DNA of 64,000 bases from a virus (IMGVR_UViG_3300042363_001351:46606-110605), one strand, 5' to 3'. Positions 28,367-37,954 are shown, counted from the first letter of the stretch. A program made the numbers and translations. Notes: a model not told the origin generated them from the letters alone.

Positions 28367-30053
28367 TTTTAGACAGTATTTCAATTTATTAATTGAGGGG
28401 GGTAATGTTTTTAAACAAAACCCAACTCAACGTATAAACCTAACCGATATTAAACCTACTATTGACTTTCTGTCTAATATAGTGGGTTCTGATTTGATGA
28501 AAAATCTTTTAGGTAGTACTGGTAAGAGAGAGACGTCAGGTGATTTAGATATAGCCATAAACGAAACTAAAATGTCAAAAGTAAAGCTATACGACGTTCT
28601 TGCTAGCTGGTGTATGGAGAGAAATTTAAATCCTAAGGATTATATTGCTAGATCTGGTATAAGTGTGCATTTTAGAACGCCAATATATAATAAAGATGGT
28701 GAATACGTACAAACAGATTTTATGTTTGTACCAGATATAAACTTTGCAAAGTTTGCTCTATCTAATGATGAGCCTTTCCCATTGAAGGGAGCTTACAGAA
28801 GTATTGTGATGGCTAACTTAGCTAAAAATTTAAACTTAAGATGGAGTGGTCTAAATGGAATTACAGATAGACAGACAGGCAACACTATAGAAAATAAAGA
28901 CACTGATAGAGTGGCTCAAATTCTATTAGGAGATTCTAATGCTCGTACTAGAAATTTATTCAATATAAATTCTATAATAAAGTTTTTGCTTAAAAAGTAT
29001 AAAGATATTAACATAGTTATGTCTCTCCTAGATGAAGCTAGACAAACAATAAAAAGAGACGGAGTTGATATATTTAGCGAAAGTGGTGTCATTAAAGAAA
29101 GTACTAATATAACCGGACAAAGAGTAGGAGTACAGCATTTATATTCTGAATACAAGCCAGAACAGTATTCAATGGATTTTGAAAATTTTACAAAACTTCT
29201 CGATGCATTAGAGGAAACTAACGGTATTATTCAACCAGGCAACTCTAGTATAACGGAGAAAGCTGATGGATTATCGGTTAAGTTTGGCGTAACACCTAAA
29301 GATAAGTTCTTTTTACAGGGAAGTTATTCCGGTCCGGTTACAGATGGCAGCTTTGAAAATAAGATAAGACACGAGCCAACAAAGAGAGCGTTCGAAGATA
29401 ATTTTAGTAAAATTAAAAAACTTGTCTTTAAAACACTCTTACGTTACAAGAAGGATTTAAAGCTAGACGGACTTAGAGTCCAGGCAGAATGGCTATACTC
29501 GCCTTTTGCATTAACACGTGAAGATGCGCCGGGTATTGTCTATTTTGTAGCTACCAACTATCAAAAGGATAAACTAGGAGTTTGGTCTACCTTTCCTCTT
29601 ATTAATGTAACTGATTATAATGGGCGCGAGCTATCAGCAGAGTTAATTCAAGATATTACAAAGAGCTTGGTTGATTTATCTAATGATAATGTAAAGTTTA
29701 TACCTCTTGATATTGACGTCTTCGATCCAATAAATCTTAAGTATGAGACCGACAGCGCAATTCAAGAAATAAAAACTTTTGAATCTCAAAATCCAAACTA
29801 CGAAGAAGTACTTTTTAATACTTCAAGGAAGCGTGACGATCAATTGGCTAAGAAGGCCATGAGATCTCATTTAGTAAAAATACTTTTACCATATCAACGT
29901 AGAATGCATACAAAAATACTTCGCAAGCTAGGAAAGCTAGCTGGTAAACTAGGAGACTATGAAGGACTTGTAGTAAAAATATTACAACCGGATGAAGTTT
30001 TTACCTTTAAGGTAATATCACCAACATTTCACAAAAACAAAGGACGTATATGA
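28359..30053 (+). CDS. Pol-beta-type nucleotidyltransferase fused to an ATP-dependent ligase-like domain
   Basis: LGSTGKRETSGDLDIA and VQTD in the N-half; TEKADG, QAEW, EGLVVK, FKV in the C-half. Confidence 0.7.
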   Translation: MINFRQYFNLLIEGGNVFKQNPTQRINLTDIKPTIDFLSNIVGSDLMKNLLGSTGKRETSGDLDIAINETKMSKVKLYDVLASWCMERNLNPKDYIARSGISVHFRTPIYNKDGEYVQTDFMFVPDINFAKFALSNDEPFPLKGAYRSIVMANLAKNLNLRWSGLNGITDRQTGNTIENKDTDRVAQILLGDSNARTRNLFNINSIIKFLLKKYKDINIVMSLLDEARQTIKRDGVDIFSESGVIKESTNITGQRVGVQHLYSEYKPEQYSMDFENFTKLLDALEETNGIIQPGNSSITEKADGLSVKFGVTPKDKFFLQGSYSGPVTDGSFENKIRHEPTKRAFEDNFSKIKKLVFKTLLRYKKDLKLDGLRVQAEWLYSPFALTREDAPGIVYFVATNYQKDKLGVWSTFPLINVTDYNGRELSAELIQDITKSLVDLSNDNVKFIPLDIDVFDPINLKYETDSAIQEIKTFESQNPNYEEVLFNTSRKRDDQLAKKAMRSHLVKILLPYQRRMHTKILRKLGKLAGKLGDYEGLVVKILQPDEVFTFKVISPTFHKNKGRI

Positions 30054-30583
30054 TAAGCTTTAAATTATTCTTCGAACAAAATAAAGAGACTGTGGCTATT
30101 TTCCCTGGAGGATTTAAACCACCTACAAGAGGTCACTTTGAAGCATTAGAGCAGTTATTAAAAATATCTAACAAAGGTGTAATTTTTATTGGTAAAAGTC
30201 CTCGTGATGGTATAGACCAAGAAATGGCGTATCAAATTTGGAGCATATACGCTCCATACTTAACCAAACCAGTAGAAATATATAAGAGCCCGGTTACTCC
30301 TTTAAATTCTACGTATGACTACGCTTTAAATAATCAAAATTTAAATATAATAGTTGGTGCAGGTCCTGAAGATAGTAGTAGATATAACTCCTTCCGCAAA
30401 AATCCTGAAAAATATCCAAATGTACAAATATTAGATATACCTTTAAGTGGTGAGGGAGTTAGAGGTACACAGACAAGAGAAAAAATTATGAGCAAAGATC
30501 CAGCCTCTTTAGATTTTTTTATTCCGGAAATTATAAATCAAACAGATAGAGAAAGAATTAAGAAGATACTAGGTATAGCATAA
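30050..30583 (+). CDS. HIGH-superfamily nucleotidyltransferase (cytidylyl/adenylyltransferase-like)
   Basis: FPGGFKPPTRGH; C-terminal VRGTQTRE. Confidence 0.8.
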   Translation: MISFKLFFEQNKETVAIFPGGFKPPTRGHFEALEQLLKISNKGVIFIGKSPRDGIDQEMAYQIWSIYAPYLTKPVEIYKSPVTPLNSTYDYALNNQNLNIIVGAGPEDSSRYNSFRKNPEKYPNVQILDIPLSGEGVRGTQTREKIMSKDPASLDFFIPEIINQTDRERIKKILGIA

Positions 30584-30591
30584 ATAATAAT

Positions 30592-31077
30592 ATGTCAAAA
30601 AGAGAAGATTTTAAAATGTTAGCAGAGGCTTATGGTAGTGTAGGTGGGTTACCTCTTACACCTTCAAACATGCTCGGTGGTAAGCCTGTAATGATAACAA
30701 TGGATTTACCTGGAGCAGAAGTAGATCATGAAAGTCATGAATCGCATGAAGAGGAACATGTGGAGCGTGAGGGTGAGAGTGATCCGAGTGAGATAGAAAT
30801 GGCGTCAGCAGAACTTCATAAACTTGCAGAATATGCTCCCAAGTTAAAAGAAATGGTACAACAAATGTCTGGTCTTGAGGGGTGGATTGCTTCTAAAATT
30901 ACTAAAGCATCTGATTATATATCCTCCGTATATCACTGGTTAGAGTTTCAACAGCACGAAGGCGGTGAGAGCTGCAGTCATGAAGAAGAAGACATGTATA
31001 ATAAAGGTCATGGAGACGCAGAATGTCCTTACGCAAAAGAGGGCTGTACTTGTGGAGGATGTCCAGATTGTAACTAA
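30592..31077 (+). CDS. His/Glu-rich late protein with a Cys-rich tail
   Basis: HESHESHEEEH; WIASKITKASDY; CPYAKEGCTCGGCPDC; CATAAATA at 30579. Confidence 0.65.
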   Translation: MSKREDFKMLAEAYGSVGGLPLTPSNMLGGKPVMITMDLPGAEVDHESHESHEEEHVEREGESDPSEIEMASAELHKLAEYAPKLKEMVQQMSGLEGWIASKITKASDYISSVYHWLEFQQHEGGESCSHEEEDMYNKGHGDAECPYAKEGCTCGGCPDCN

Positions 31078-31517
31078 TGAAAAGCTTTAAGAAATTTTTC
31101 GAGGCTACAGTTATAGGTCTAATTGAAAAAATAGAACTAGCTGGAATCGGTTCTCTTGAAGCTAAAATAGATTCCGGTAATGGAGCCTATAACGTTTTAC
31201 ACGGAGAGAATATTACAAAGCAGGGTAATAAGGTTACCTTTACAACTATAGGTGGTAAGAGAATCATAAAAGACGTTCACGATACTATTAATATTAATGT
31301 AGGAGCTGGTCACGTTGAAGAAAGGCCTGTTGTTTCATTTAGAATGAAGTTTGCAGGAACAGAGTTTGATAATATTCCGTTTAGTATCGGAGATAGATCA
31401 CAGAACGAGTATAAAGTCCTTATAGGTAAAGATTTTATTAAGCAGCTCGATGCGCTAATTGATGTAAATTCGAATCACATTGCTGATGATAAGATTGAGG
31501 TTGACTATACCAATTAG
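31077..31517 (+). CDS. Retropepsin-like (RimK-associated type) protease
   Basis: AKIDSGN, ERPVV, DRS..EY.VLIG.DF motifs. Confidence 0.8.
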   Translation: MKSFKKFFEATVIGLIEKIELAGIGSLEAKIDSGNGAYNVLHGENITKQGNKVTFTTIGGKRIIKDVHDTININVGAGHVEERPVVSFRMKFAGTEFDNIPFSIGDRSQNEYKVLIGKDFIKQLDALIDVNSNHIADDKIEVDYTN

Positions 31518-32037
31518 GAGGTTCTCTTTTTGTCCATAGAGCAAAATCTTTATCATATAAAATATAATTTCTATATTGATCAACAGCTGTGAGATCATCG
31601 AAATTAGGAATTACTTTACGACAGATACAATCTGCACCAATCGCAATAGCATAAGGAGTTGGAGCAGTTTTTACAATAGTTGTATTGTGTAAATTTCTAC
31701 TACACCATACAATGAATTCCTTTGTGAAATGCTCTACTGAGCTAGGCCACCTAAACATTCTTTCTTCAAATTGCTCTAGAGTGTGGTTTACTAACCACAT
31801 AAAGTTATCTTTTGATTCTCGAGCCCAGATGGAACATTGATGCTTCGCATAACCTTTACCGGATTTGCGCGGTTTACCAGTTTTAGTTCTAGGTGTAGAT
31901 GGATGATTTAAGATCTCTTGCGGAAAAGCATGAGCTAACATAATAGCTCCCTCAATTTGCATTTTAGATCTAACGTGTTTATCACAAAGATCCCGTGCTG
32001 CTAACACGGGATCTTCATTAGTAATAAAAATATTCAT
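31438..32037 (-). CDS. Pyrimidine-dimer DNA glycosylase/endonuclease V-like family protein
   Basis: MNIF....DP..AA..LCDKH..KM..E..ML, H.CSIWARES..N..WL, YR.Y, W.KR..P.W. Confidence 0.7.
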   Translation of the reverse strand: MNIFITNEDPVLAARDLCDKHVRSKMQIEGAIMLAHAFPQEILNHPSTPRTKTGKPRKSGKGYAKHQCSIWARESKDNFMWLVNHTLEQFEERMFRWPSSVEHFTKEFIVWCSRNLHNTTIVKTAPTPYAIAIGADCICRKVIPNFDDLTAVDQYRNYILYDKDFALWTKREPPNWYSQPQSYHQQCDSNLHQLAHRAA

Positions 32038-32042
32038 ACCGT

Positions 32043-32059
32043 AGTATGACTAAGTTCCT
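32043..32059 (-). promoter_or_regulatory. AGGAACT-N4-CATACT promoter motif
   Basis: 5 nt upstream of ATG 32037. Confidence 0.55.
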
Positions 32060-32726
32060 ATTTAGAGGCCATATCAATAAACTTATAAAACTCAGTTCGA
32101 GTCTTTTCATCCTCCATAAAATCACCTGTAAGTTTAGAAGTAATCATATAACAACCTTCATGCTTAACACCGCGATGACATGCGCAAGTATGTTGAGCTT
32201 TAATAACCACAGCAATACCGCGATTTTTTTCACATACCTGATCAATAGCTTCAGCAATTTGCTTAGTAAGACCTTCCTGAATTTGAGGTCTACGAGCGTA
32301 AAATTCTACAATACGATTGAGCTTGCTGAGACCTATCACCTTACCATCGAGAGAGGGAATATAAGCAACATGCGCAACTCCTGTGAAGGCAAGGTGATGG
32401 TGAGAACAGAGCGATTTAACAGGAATATTACACTGAGCAATTACACCATCATAACCGTCAGTAGGAAAAGCGGTTACCGACGGTGGGCTATTATAACATC
32501 CTGAAGCAATGTCATTTACAAAAGCCTTTGCCACACGCATAGGAGTATTAGAGGAATTAGGATCGTTTCTCCAATCAAAGCCAAGCGCGTCTAGATACTT
32601 TTCATAAGCCTTAGCAGCTCTTTTTATAATAGATTGCTTTTCTCTATCTGTACGCGGAGCATTTCCATTAGCGTTAGGAAGCTTAACTTCTTCTCCTGTT
32701 ACATCATGTTCATCTAATTCATCCAT
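32058..32726 (-). CDS. folE: GTP cyclohydrolase I
   Basis: [37 protein letters not shown]. Start 32726 follows TTGATT-N17-TATAAT. Confidence 0.96.
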   Translation of the reverse strand: MDELDEHDVTGEEVKLPNANGNAPRTDREKQSIIKRAAKAYEKYLDALGFDWRNDPNSSNTPMRVAKAFVNDIASGCYNSPPSVTAFPTDGYDGVIAQCNIPVKSLCSHHHLAFTGVAHVAYIPSLDGKVIGLSKLNRIVEFYARRPQIQEGLTKQIAEAIDQVCEKNRGIAVVIKAQHTCACHRGVKHEGCYMITSKLTGDFMEDEKTRTEFYKFIDMASK

Positions 32727-32777
32727 AAGAAAATTATAATATAAGGATAAAGCTAAATCAACCATAAATATATACAT

Positions 32778-33674
32778 ATGAGTAAAATAACTCAAAAAGA
32801 ATTACTTCAGGAGGGGTTTTTAGATACTATTAGACAAGCAGCTGGTAAGATTACAAAACCGCTTGCGAGAGTAACTGCAGGAGCCTTAGGTGGTGTTGGT
32901 AAGGCTGCTTTGCAGGTAGGTAAAGACATAGTGACAGGTAATACTGGAGCAACTTTATCAAATGTAGCGAGACAAGGCGTAAGCGGTGCAGTAAATGCAT
33001 ATAAATCAGAACGCGATAAGCAGATTATTGCTTCACCGGAGAGATTTGTAGAAAATGAATTAAAGACAAAGTGGAATAATACCTTCAATCCCAACTCAAT
33101 AAAAATTACATCTTCTCAAAAAGAAGAAATAGGTAGAACAAGCGTTGCTAGACATTCGGAAGAAACACCAAGGACGTTTGTATATTTTGAGGCTTCAAAA
33201 TACAATAAAACCACTGGAAATTCAACACAGCAAATCGGAGGAGTAACTCAATTAAAGGGCGTTGCAACGGTAATTAAGGGTAGTGATGGTAAGTTTAATA
33301 TAATTGAAATTAAGGATGAAGATGGTAATACTATAAATCAAGGTGCACAACAAACTATACCTAATTTAAATGATTTAATGAATAAGTTAAACTTTAACAT
33401 TAATAACTCAACCGCCGGTAAATGGGCTGTAGCTCTAAAGAGATCTTTCCGAAATGCATTGCCAGATCCTAGAAAAGATATAGATAAACTAATACCCGCA
33501 GCAGTAAATAATGATAATTATGTACTTACATCAGCTGATGTTACCATCTTACGTCAATACCTTAAAGATGAAATGTTAATCTCTGAAAAAAATACTCAAA
33601 AAGATTTACTAGTACAGTTGAAATTGCTAAATGACTCATATAAAAGTATTAATAATATTTTCTATATCAAGTAG
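32778..33674 (+). CDS. Putative head-packaged/ejected protein
   Basis: LLQE-GF leader followed by a G/A-rich amphipathic helix; late promoter at 32763-32770. Confidence 0.55.
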   Translation: MSKITQKELLQEGFLDTIRQAAGKITKPLARVTAGALGGVGKAALQVGKDIVTGNTGATLSNVARQGVSGAVNAYKSERDKQIIASPERFVENELKTKWNNTFNPNSIKITSSQKEEIGRTSVARHSEETPRTFVYFEASKYNKTTGNSTQQIGGVTQLKGVATVIKGSDGKFNIIEIKDEDGNTINQGAQQTIPNLNDLMNKLNFNINNSTAGKWAVALKRSFRNALPDPRKDIDKLIPAAVNNDNYVLTSADVTILRQYLKDEMLISEKNTQKDLLVQLKLLNDSYKSINNIFYIK

Positions 33675-34430
33675 AGATAGTACTTTGCAGTAGTTACCAT
33701 GTTTTTCAGTTAAAAGTTTAATTTTATCTTCACTAGATATAATAACTATTTGTTTGTCAGGATAAGATCGATGAAGTAGTGATATCTTAACATCAAAATC
33801 TTGCTGCCATTTAGGGTAAGCATACCCCGTAACCTCTACTAGCTTATCATTTATAACAAAATCAACAATCTTTACCTTATTATTTAGCAGCTTAAAGTGA
33901 TGCTCGTAAGTGTAATTTACATTATTATCTTCCAAAATTTCGCTAAATTTTACTTCATACGAACTTCTAAATTTTTTGCCATTTTTATTTAAGAGTGTGC
34001 AGCCAATATATTTATCTCTTGTAAAGTTAGGATTAAGGCTACCCTTTCTAAAGCCACAGGCCGGGTTAGAAGTGCCGTAAATTTCTAAATAGGTTAAACC
34101 TTTTGTTTTCTTAGGTTTACCTTTAATGCTTTGTGATCGTACTATTGACGATTTAATAGATCTTGTCTTTTTCTCCCGTTCAATTAGTTCCTGTGGTAGG
34201 TTATTTATAATATAATTTTTAATTGTCGAACTGCTTATATTTAGCTTTTCACGAATTTCATGGCAATCCAAACCCTCTCTTATTAAGTTAGTTATTAAAT
34301 TTAGAACTTTAACCTCACCTCCATTGCTTATTATCCAGGAAGATACTCTTTTACCATCAATTACATAATACGAAGCATAGTTTTTACCCTTTTTGGTAAT
34401 TAAACCAGATCTCATTGAAGTTTTATTCAT
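33636..34430 (-). CDS. Free-standing homing-endonuclease-like protein (HTH + basic linker + PD-(D/E)xK)
   Basis: EIREKLNISSSTI HTH; RSSYE, IVDF, VEVTG nuclease motifs. Confidence 0.65.
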   Translation of the reverse strand: MNKTSMRSGLITKKGKNYASYYVIDGKRVSSWIISNGGEVKVLNLITNLIREGLDCHEIREKLNISSSTIKNYIINNLPQELIEREKKTRSIKSSIVRSQSIKGKPKKTKGLTYLEIYGTSNPACGFRKGSLNPNFTRDKYIGCTLLNKNGKKFRSSYEVKFSEILEDNNVNYTYEHHFKLLNNKVKIVDFVINDKLVEVTGYAYPKWQQDFDVKISLLHRSYPDKQIVIISSEDKIKLLTEKHGNYCKVLSLLDIENIINTFI

Positions 34431-34487
34431 GATGAATATTTATTCAATGATGTTGATTTTATAAAGTTTCACATTATATATAAAAAT

Positions 34488-35123
34488 ATGAATTATAAAT
34501 CCACAAAAGTACTTAATCTTGGATCTTGTGCATTTAGGCAGCCAAATGCCGCCTTTAACAGACAGGATGCCGGTAACAACTCACAAAGGTGTAGTAAGTT
34601 GCACGGTTATCGTTTAAAAGCTAAGTTTTGGTTTGGATGCACGCACCTAGATGATAAAAATTGGGTTCAAGATTTTGGTGGATTCAGACCAATTAAAGAA
34701 CTTTTCGCATATCAGTTCGATCACACTACATGCTTATCATACGACGATCCACTATTACCTCTGTTTGAAGAACTTGACAAACAAGGTGGCCTTGATCTTA
34801 GAATTATGCCAGAGGGAACTGGTATAGAAAAAATTGCTAAATTCTGCTGTGAAAAAATGCAAGAATTTGTTAATAACCAGAGTAATGGTAGGGTGTGGGT
34901 AGATAAGGTAGAGGTTTTTGAACATGAGGAAAACTCTGCAATCTTTACCCCTCTGTATGACGTGCTTTGCTCTCCGCAAGAACCTAAACAAGATGAAGTT
35001 GCATCATTAGCCTCTGAACCAATTACTGAAACAGCACCGGCTATTAATACTAATGCCGCACCTGTAGGTAATCATGTATCTCAAGGTATGGGCAATCCGT
35101 TTGCTGGTACTAGCTGGGGCTGA
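34488..35123 (+). CDS. queD: 6-carboxy-5,6,7,8-tetrahydropterin synthase
   Basis: CSKLHGY, W..DFG, FDHT, VFEH.ENSA. Confidence 0.88.
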   Translation: MNYKSTKVLNLGSCAFRQPNAAFNRQDAGNNSQRCSKLHGYRLKAKFWFGCTHLDDKNWVQDFGGFRPIKELFAYQFDHTTCLSYDDPLLPLFEELDKQGGLDLRIMPEGTGIEKIAKFCCEKMQEFVNNQSNGRVWVDKVEVFEHEENSAIFTPLYDVLCSPQEPKQDEVASLASEPITETAPAINTNAAPVGNHVSQGMGNPFAGTSWG

Positions 35124-35873
35124 TTAATGTTTTGCCTCTAAAACATCAACAATAAATCGTAAAATTTTACTTCTTACGATTTCTGTTTCACCAAATTTAA
35201 ATGCGTAGATTTCATTATCTACGCATTTTTCATTGTTAAAGCGTTTAAATATCTCTTCGTATCCCGAAGCTTTACCAATGTCAGATTGCTTTAAATCTCC
35301 ACAAACAATATATTTTGTATTTTTACCAAAGCGGGTTAATATTGTAACAAGCTCACCCTTGGTTAAGTTCTGTGCTTCATCTACTATTACAACACTATCG
35401 TTGAATGTAAGTCCTCTAACAAAGTTAACAGGCACTGCATGTATAATGTTACTAGACTGTAGTAACCCGCATGTACTATCATCGGTAACCTCTCTAACCT
35501 TTTCAATTAAAGGCATTGCGTAAGGTAAGAATTTATCATCTACCTCACCTGGAAGTGCACCAATAGATCTTGACGCAGACTCAATAACAGATCTAATGTA
35601 GGTAATACCTCGCGTCTTTTGATCTTTTATAAGCTCCAACCCAGCAAGTACGGCAATATATGACTTTGCACTACCCGCTGGTCCATCAACAAAGACCATA
35701 TTAGTCTCTTCACGCTTTATGCATTCATAAAACGCTTTGTGGTTGGTATTGAAGTAGAAGGGCTTTTTAATTTTAAAATTAAAAAGCCAGTTTTTTTGGA
35801 TAGAATCTTCGATATCTACTAATTCATCCAAACCTGCATTTTTACGCTTACGCGTAGGGGACTTGTGAGTCAT
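35124..35873 (-). CDS. phoH: PhoH-like ATPase
   Basis: GPAGSAKS, GALPG...K, VRGLTF, DEAQN, TRFG, GD.KQSD, VRS. Confidence 0.92.
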   Translation of the reverse strand: MTHKSPTRKRKNAGLDELVDIEDSIQKNWLFNFKIKKPFYFNTNHKAFYECIKREETNMVFVDGPAGSAKSYIAVLAGLELIKDQKTRGITYIRSVIESASRSIGALPGEVDDKFLPYAMPLIEKVREVTDDSTCGLLQSSNIIHAVPVNFVRGLTFNDSVVIVDEAQNLTKGELVTILTRFGKNTKYIVCGDLKQSDIGKASGYEEIFKRFNNEKCVDNEIYAFKFGETEIVRSKILRFIVDVLEAKH

Positions 35874-35908
35874 GCACTAGTATTTATTCAAAAACACTTG
35901 ATTCTATT

Positions 35909-35925
35909 AGGAACTATATCATAAT
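35909..35925 (+). promoter_or_regulatory. AGGAACT-N4-CATAAT promoter motif with TTGATT -35
   Basis: Upstream of queE ATG 35935. Confidence 0.6.
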
Positions 35926-35934
35926 ATTATATAT

Positions 35935-36696
35935 ATGAGTACGGATTATAATACAGAGACTATCTTTTTAAGTGATGATCTTGTCTTTTACACACTAGAA
36001 GGGGAAGGTGAGTATATCGGTCAACCTTCTGTCTTTATGAGGATGTCCATGTGTAATTTGAGTTGTTCCGGGTTTGCGTCAAAAGATTCTCCTAATGGTT
36101 GTGATTCGTTTATTTCTTGGTCAGTAAAGAATAAGAAGTCATTTAATGAAATCTTCGAACTCATGGAGACCGGTAATCACGTCACTCACTTGCGTGAGGG
36201 TGCTATTTGGAAGCTAACTGGTGGTGAGCCTATGATTCAGCAGAAACAATTGCTTAAATTTGTTGAGGCGTTTAGAGATCGATATAATTTTACACCTCGG
36301 ATCGATTTCGAGACTAATGCTACTTTAATGCCTGATGAGCGTTGGGTTACAGAATTTAATGCTACTTTTACTACCTCACCTAAACTTACCACTAACGGCG
36401 ATCCAGAGGAAAAGACCTATAAGCCAGAAGTACTGAAATGGCATAAAGATCATAACTCTGGATTCAAATTTGTAATTAGCAGATCAGAAGACATTGAAGA
36501 AATCTGGCGTAAATATGTAAACGATAAGGAAAATATTAACGTACCACTTAGTCGTGTATGGTTTATGCCATGTTGCGGGTCACGCGAAGAGCATATTGAG
36601 AAAGCTCCAGCTGTTGCAGAATACGCTAAAGCAATGCATGTTAATTTTAGTCCTAGACTGCATCTTTTGTTGTGGAATTTAGCTCTCCGAGTATAA
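35935..36696 (+). CDS. queE: 7-carboxy-7-deazaguanine synthase (radical SAM)
   Basis: FYTLEGEG..G.PSVF.R..CNLSC...CDS, TGGEP, ETN, SPK, PRLH. Confidence 0.92.
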   Translation: MSTDYNTETIFLSDDLVFYTLEGEGEYIGQPSVFMRMSMCNLSCSGFASKDSPNGCDSFISWSVKNKKSFNEIFELMETGNHVTHLREGAIWKLTGGEPMIQQKQLLKFVEAFRDRYNFTPRIDFETNATLMPDERWVTEFNATFTTSPKLTTNGDPEEKTYKPEVLKWHKDHNSGFKFVISRSEDIEEIWRKYVNDKENINVPLSRVWFMPCCGSREEHIEKAPAVAEYAKAMHVNFSPRLHLLLWNLALRV

Positions 36697-36701
36697 TTGT
36701 T

Positions 36702-37334
36702 ATGAGAAATGTTAATCTTCCTAAATCTCGAGTTTATATCCGTAAAGACGCTTTTGGTGGTAGTGTAGAAGAATTTGAGCCAGCATGGCTGGTATCTGTT
36801 AGAGCATTAAGAAATCGCCCTTTCGTATTTCAGGTATGGGTAGATGCTTATGCGGCATGCTATGATAAAATACCACCTCAATGTGTATACTGGCGCGAGC
36901 CTGAAACGTATCATAACGCTTTACCTCTACATAAAATTCAAATGTGGGAATGTTTAAGTGGATCTGTAGAGCTCTGGCAAAAATTACAACTAGTTGATGT
37001 ACCTATGCTTGTTAATCTTGGTAAAGGAGCTCAGCCGATGACAGGTCACTACTGGTTTACTCTTGACTTTCTTCCTGAGAATAATTCTTTAGGAATGCTA
37101 GATGTAGGAGATGTCGAGCTGTTAGAAGAACATAAAGAGGGTAATGTAATTAAATTAGAGAATGGACAAATAGCTATTTACCCAAATAATAGACTCAAAT
37201 GGTTACCTATATCACTAACACCGCAAAGTGCTATAAGCGAGATTCCTAATTGGGAGGTAGCAACAAATGAAAAATGGGATGACTGGTGGGATGATTCGAA
37301 TGAAATTCTTGGTGATGCTAAGTGGGCATATTAA
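36702..37334 (+). CDS. Conserved-looking phage hypothetical protein
   Basis: Trp-rich; YWFTLD, EHK, GQIAIYPNNR motifs. Confidence 0.65.
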   Translation: MRNVNLPKSRVYIRKDAFGGSVEEFEPAWLVSVRALRNRPFVFQVWVDAYAACYDKIPPQCVYWREPETYHNALPLHKIQMWECLSGSVELWQKLQLVDVPMLVNLGKGAQPMTGHYWFTLDFLPENNSLGMLDVGDVELLEEHKEGNVIKLENGQIAIYPNNRLKWLPISLTPQSAISEIPNWEVATNEKWDDWWDDSNEILGDAKWAY

Positions 37335-37351
37335 CTTTTTTTAGTTATATA

Positions 37352-37954
37352 ATGAAAGCCTATAAGACTCTTGTATTAAATAAGTATTATTTTCCTGTTG
37401 CTGTTGAAGGAGTGCAGAAAACATTTGGAAATATATTTTCCGGTGCGGTAATACCTCTCGATATAACATACGAAGAGGGAGATGATGCTAGTGTAAATCT
37501 AGAGAATGTAGAGTACTTTACTACGGTCCCTGGGGTTAAAGATTGGCTATTGTTACCTATAAGGCCTTATGATGATTATCTGCACACAGCGCGAGGACCT
37601 GTAAGAATTCCTCAGGTAGTAATCTGCACAAACTTCGATAGAGTTATTTTTAATCGCGTACAGTTTCCTACTAAACATAATATCTATAAAAGAGATAATT
37701 ACACTTGCGTATATACAGGTAAAAAATTAACTAAAGAAGAACTTAGTGTTGACCATGTAGTACCTAAAAGTAAGGGTGGTAAAGATACGTGGGAGAATCT
37801 TGTAACGTGTGACAGACTTCTAAACTCTAAAAAAAGTAACAAGTATTTGAGTGAGGTAGGTCTTAAGTTAAGATATAGACCATATAAACCAAATAATGGA
37901 CTTACTTTCGATATTTACAAAGATGAATGGTCTTCTTTCTTGAAAAATTGCTAA
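37352..37954 (+). CDS. HNH endonuclease
   Basis: RDNYTCVYTG, SVDHVVP.SKGG..TWENLVTC...N..K. Confidence 0.88.
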   Translation: MKAYKTLVLNKYYFPVAVEGVQKTFGNIFSGAVIPLDITYEEGDDASVNLENVEYFTTVPGVKDWLLLPIRPYDDYLHTARGPVRIPQVVICTNFDRVIFNRVQFPTKHNIYKRDNYTCVYTGKKLTKEELSVDHVVPKSKGGKDTWENLVTCDRLLNSKKSNKYLSEVGLKLRYRPYKPNNGLTFDIYKDEWSSFLKNC

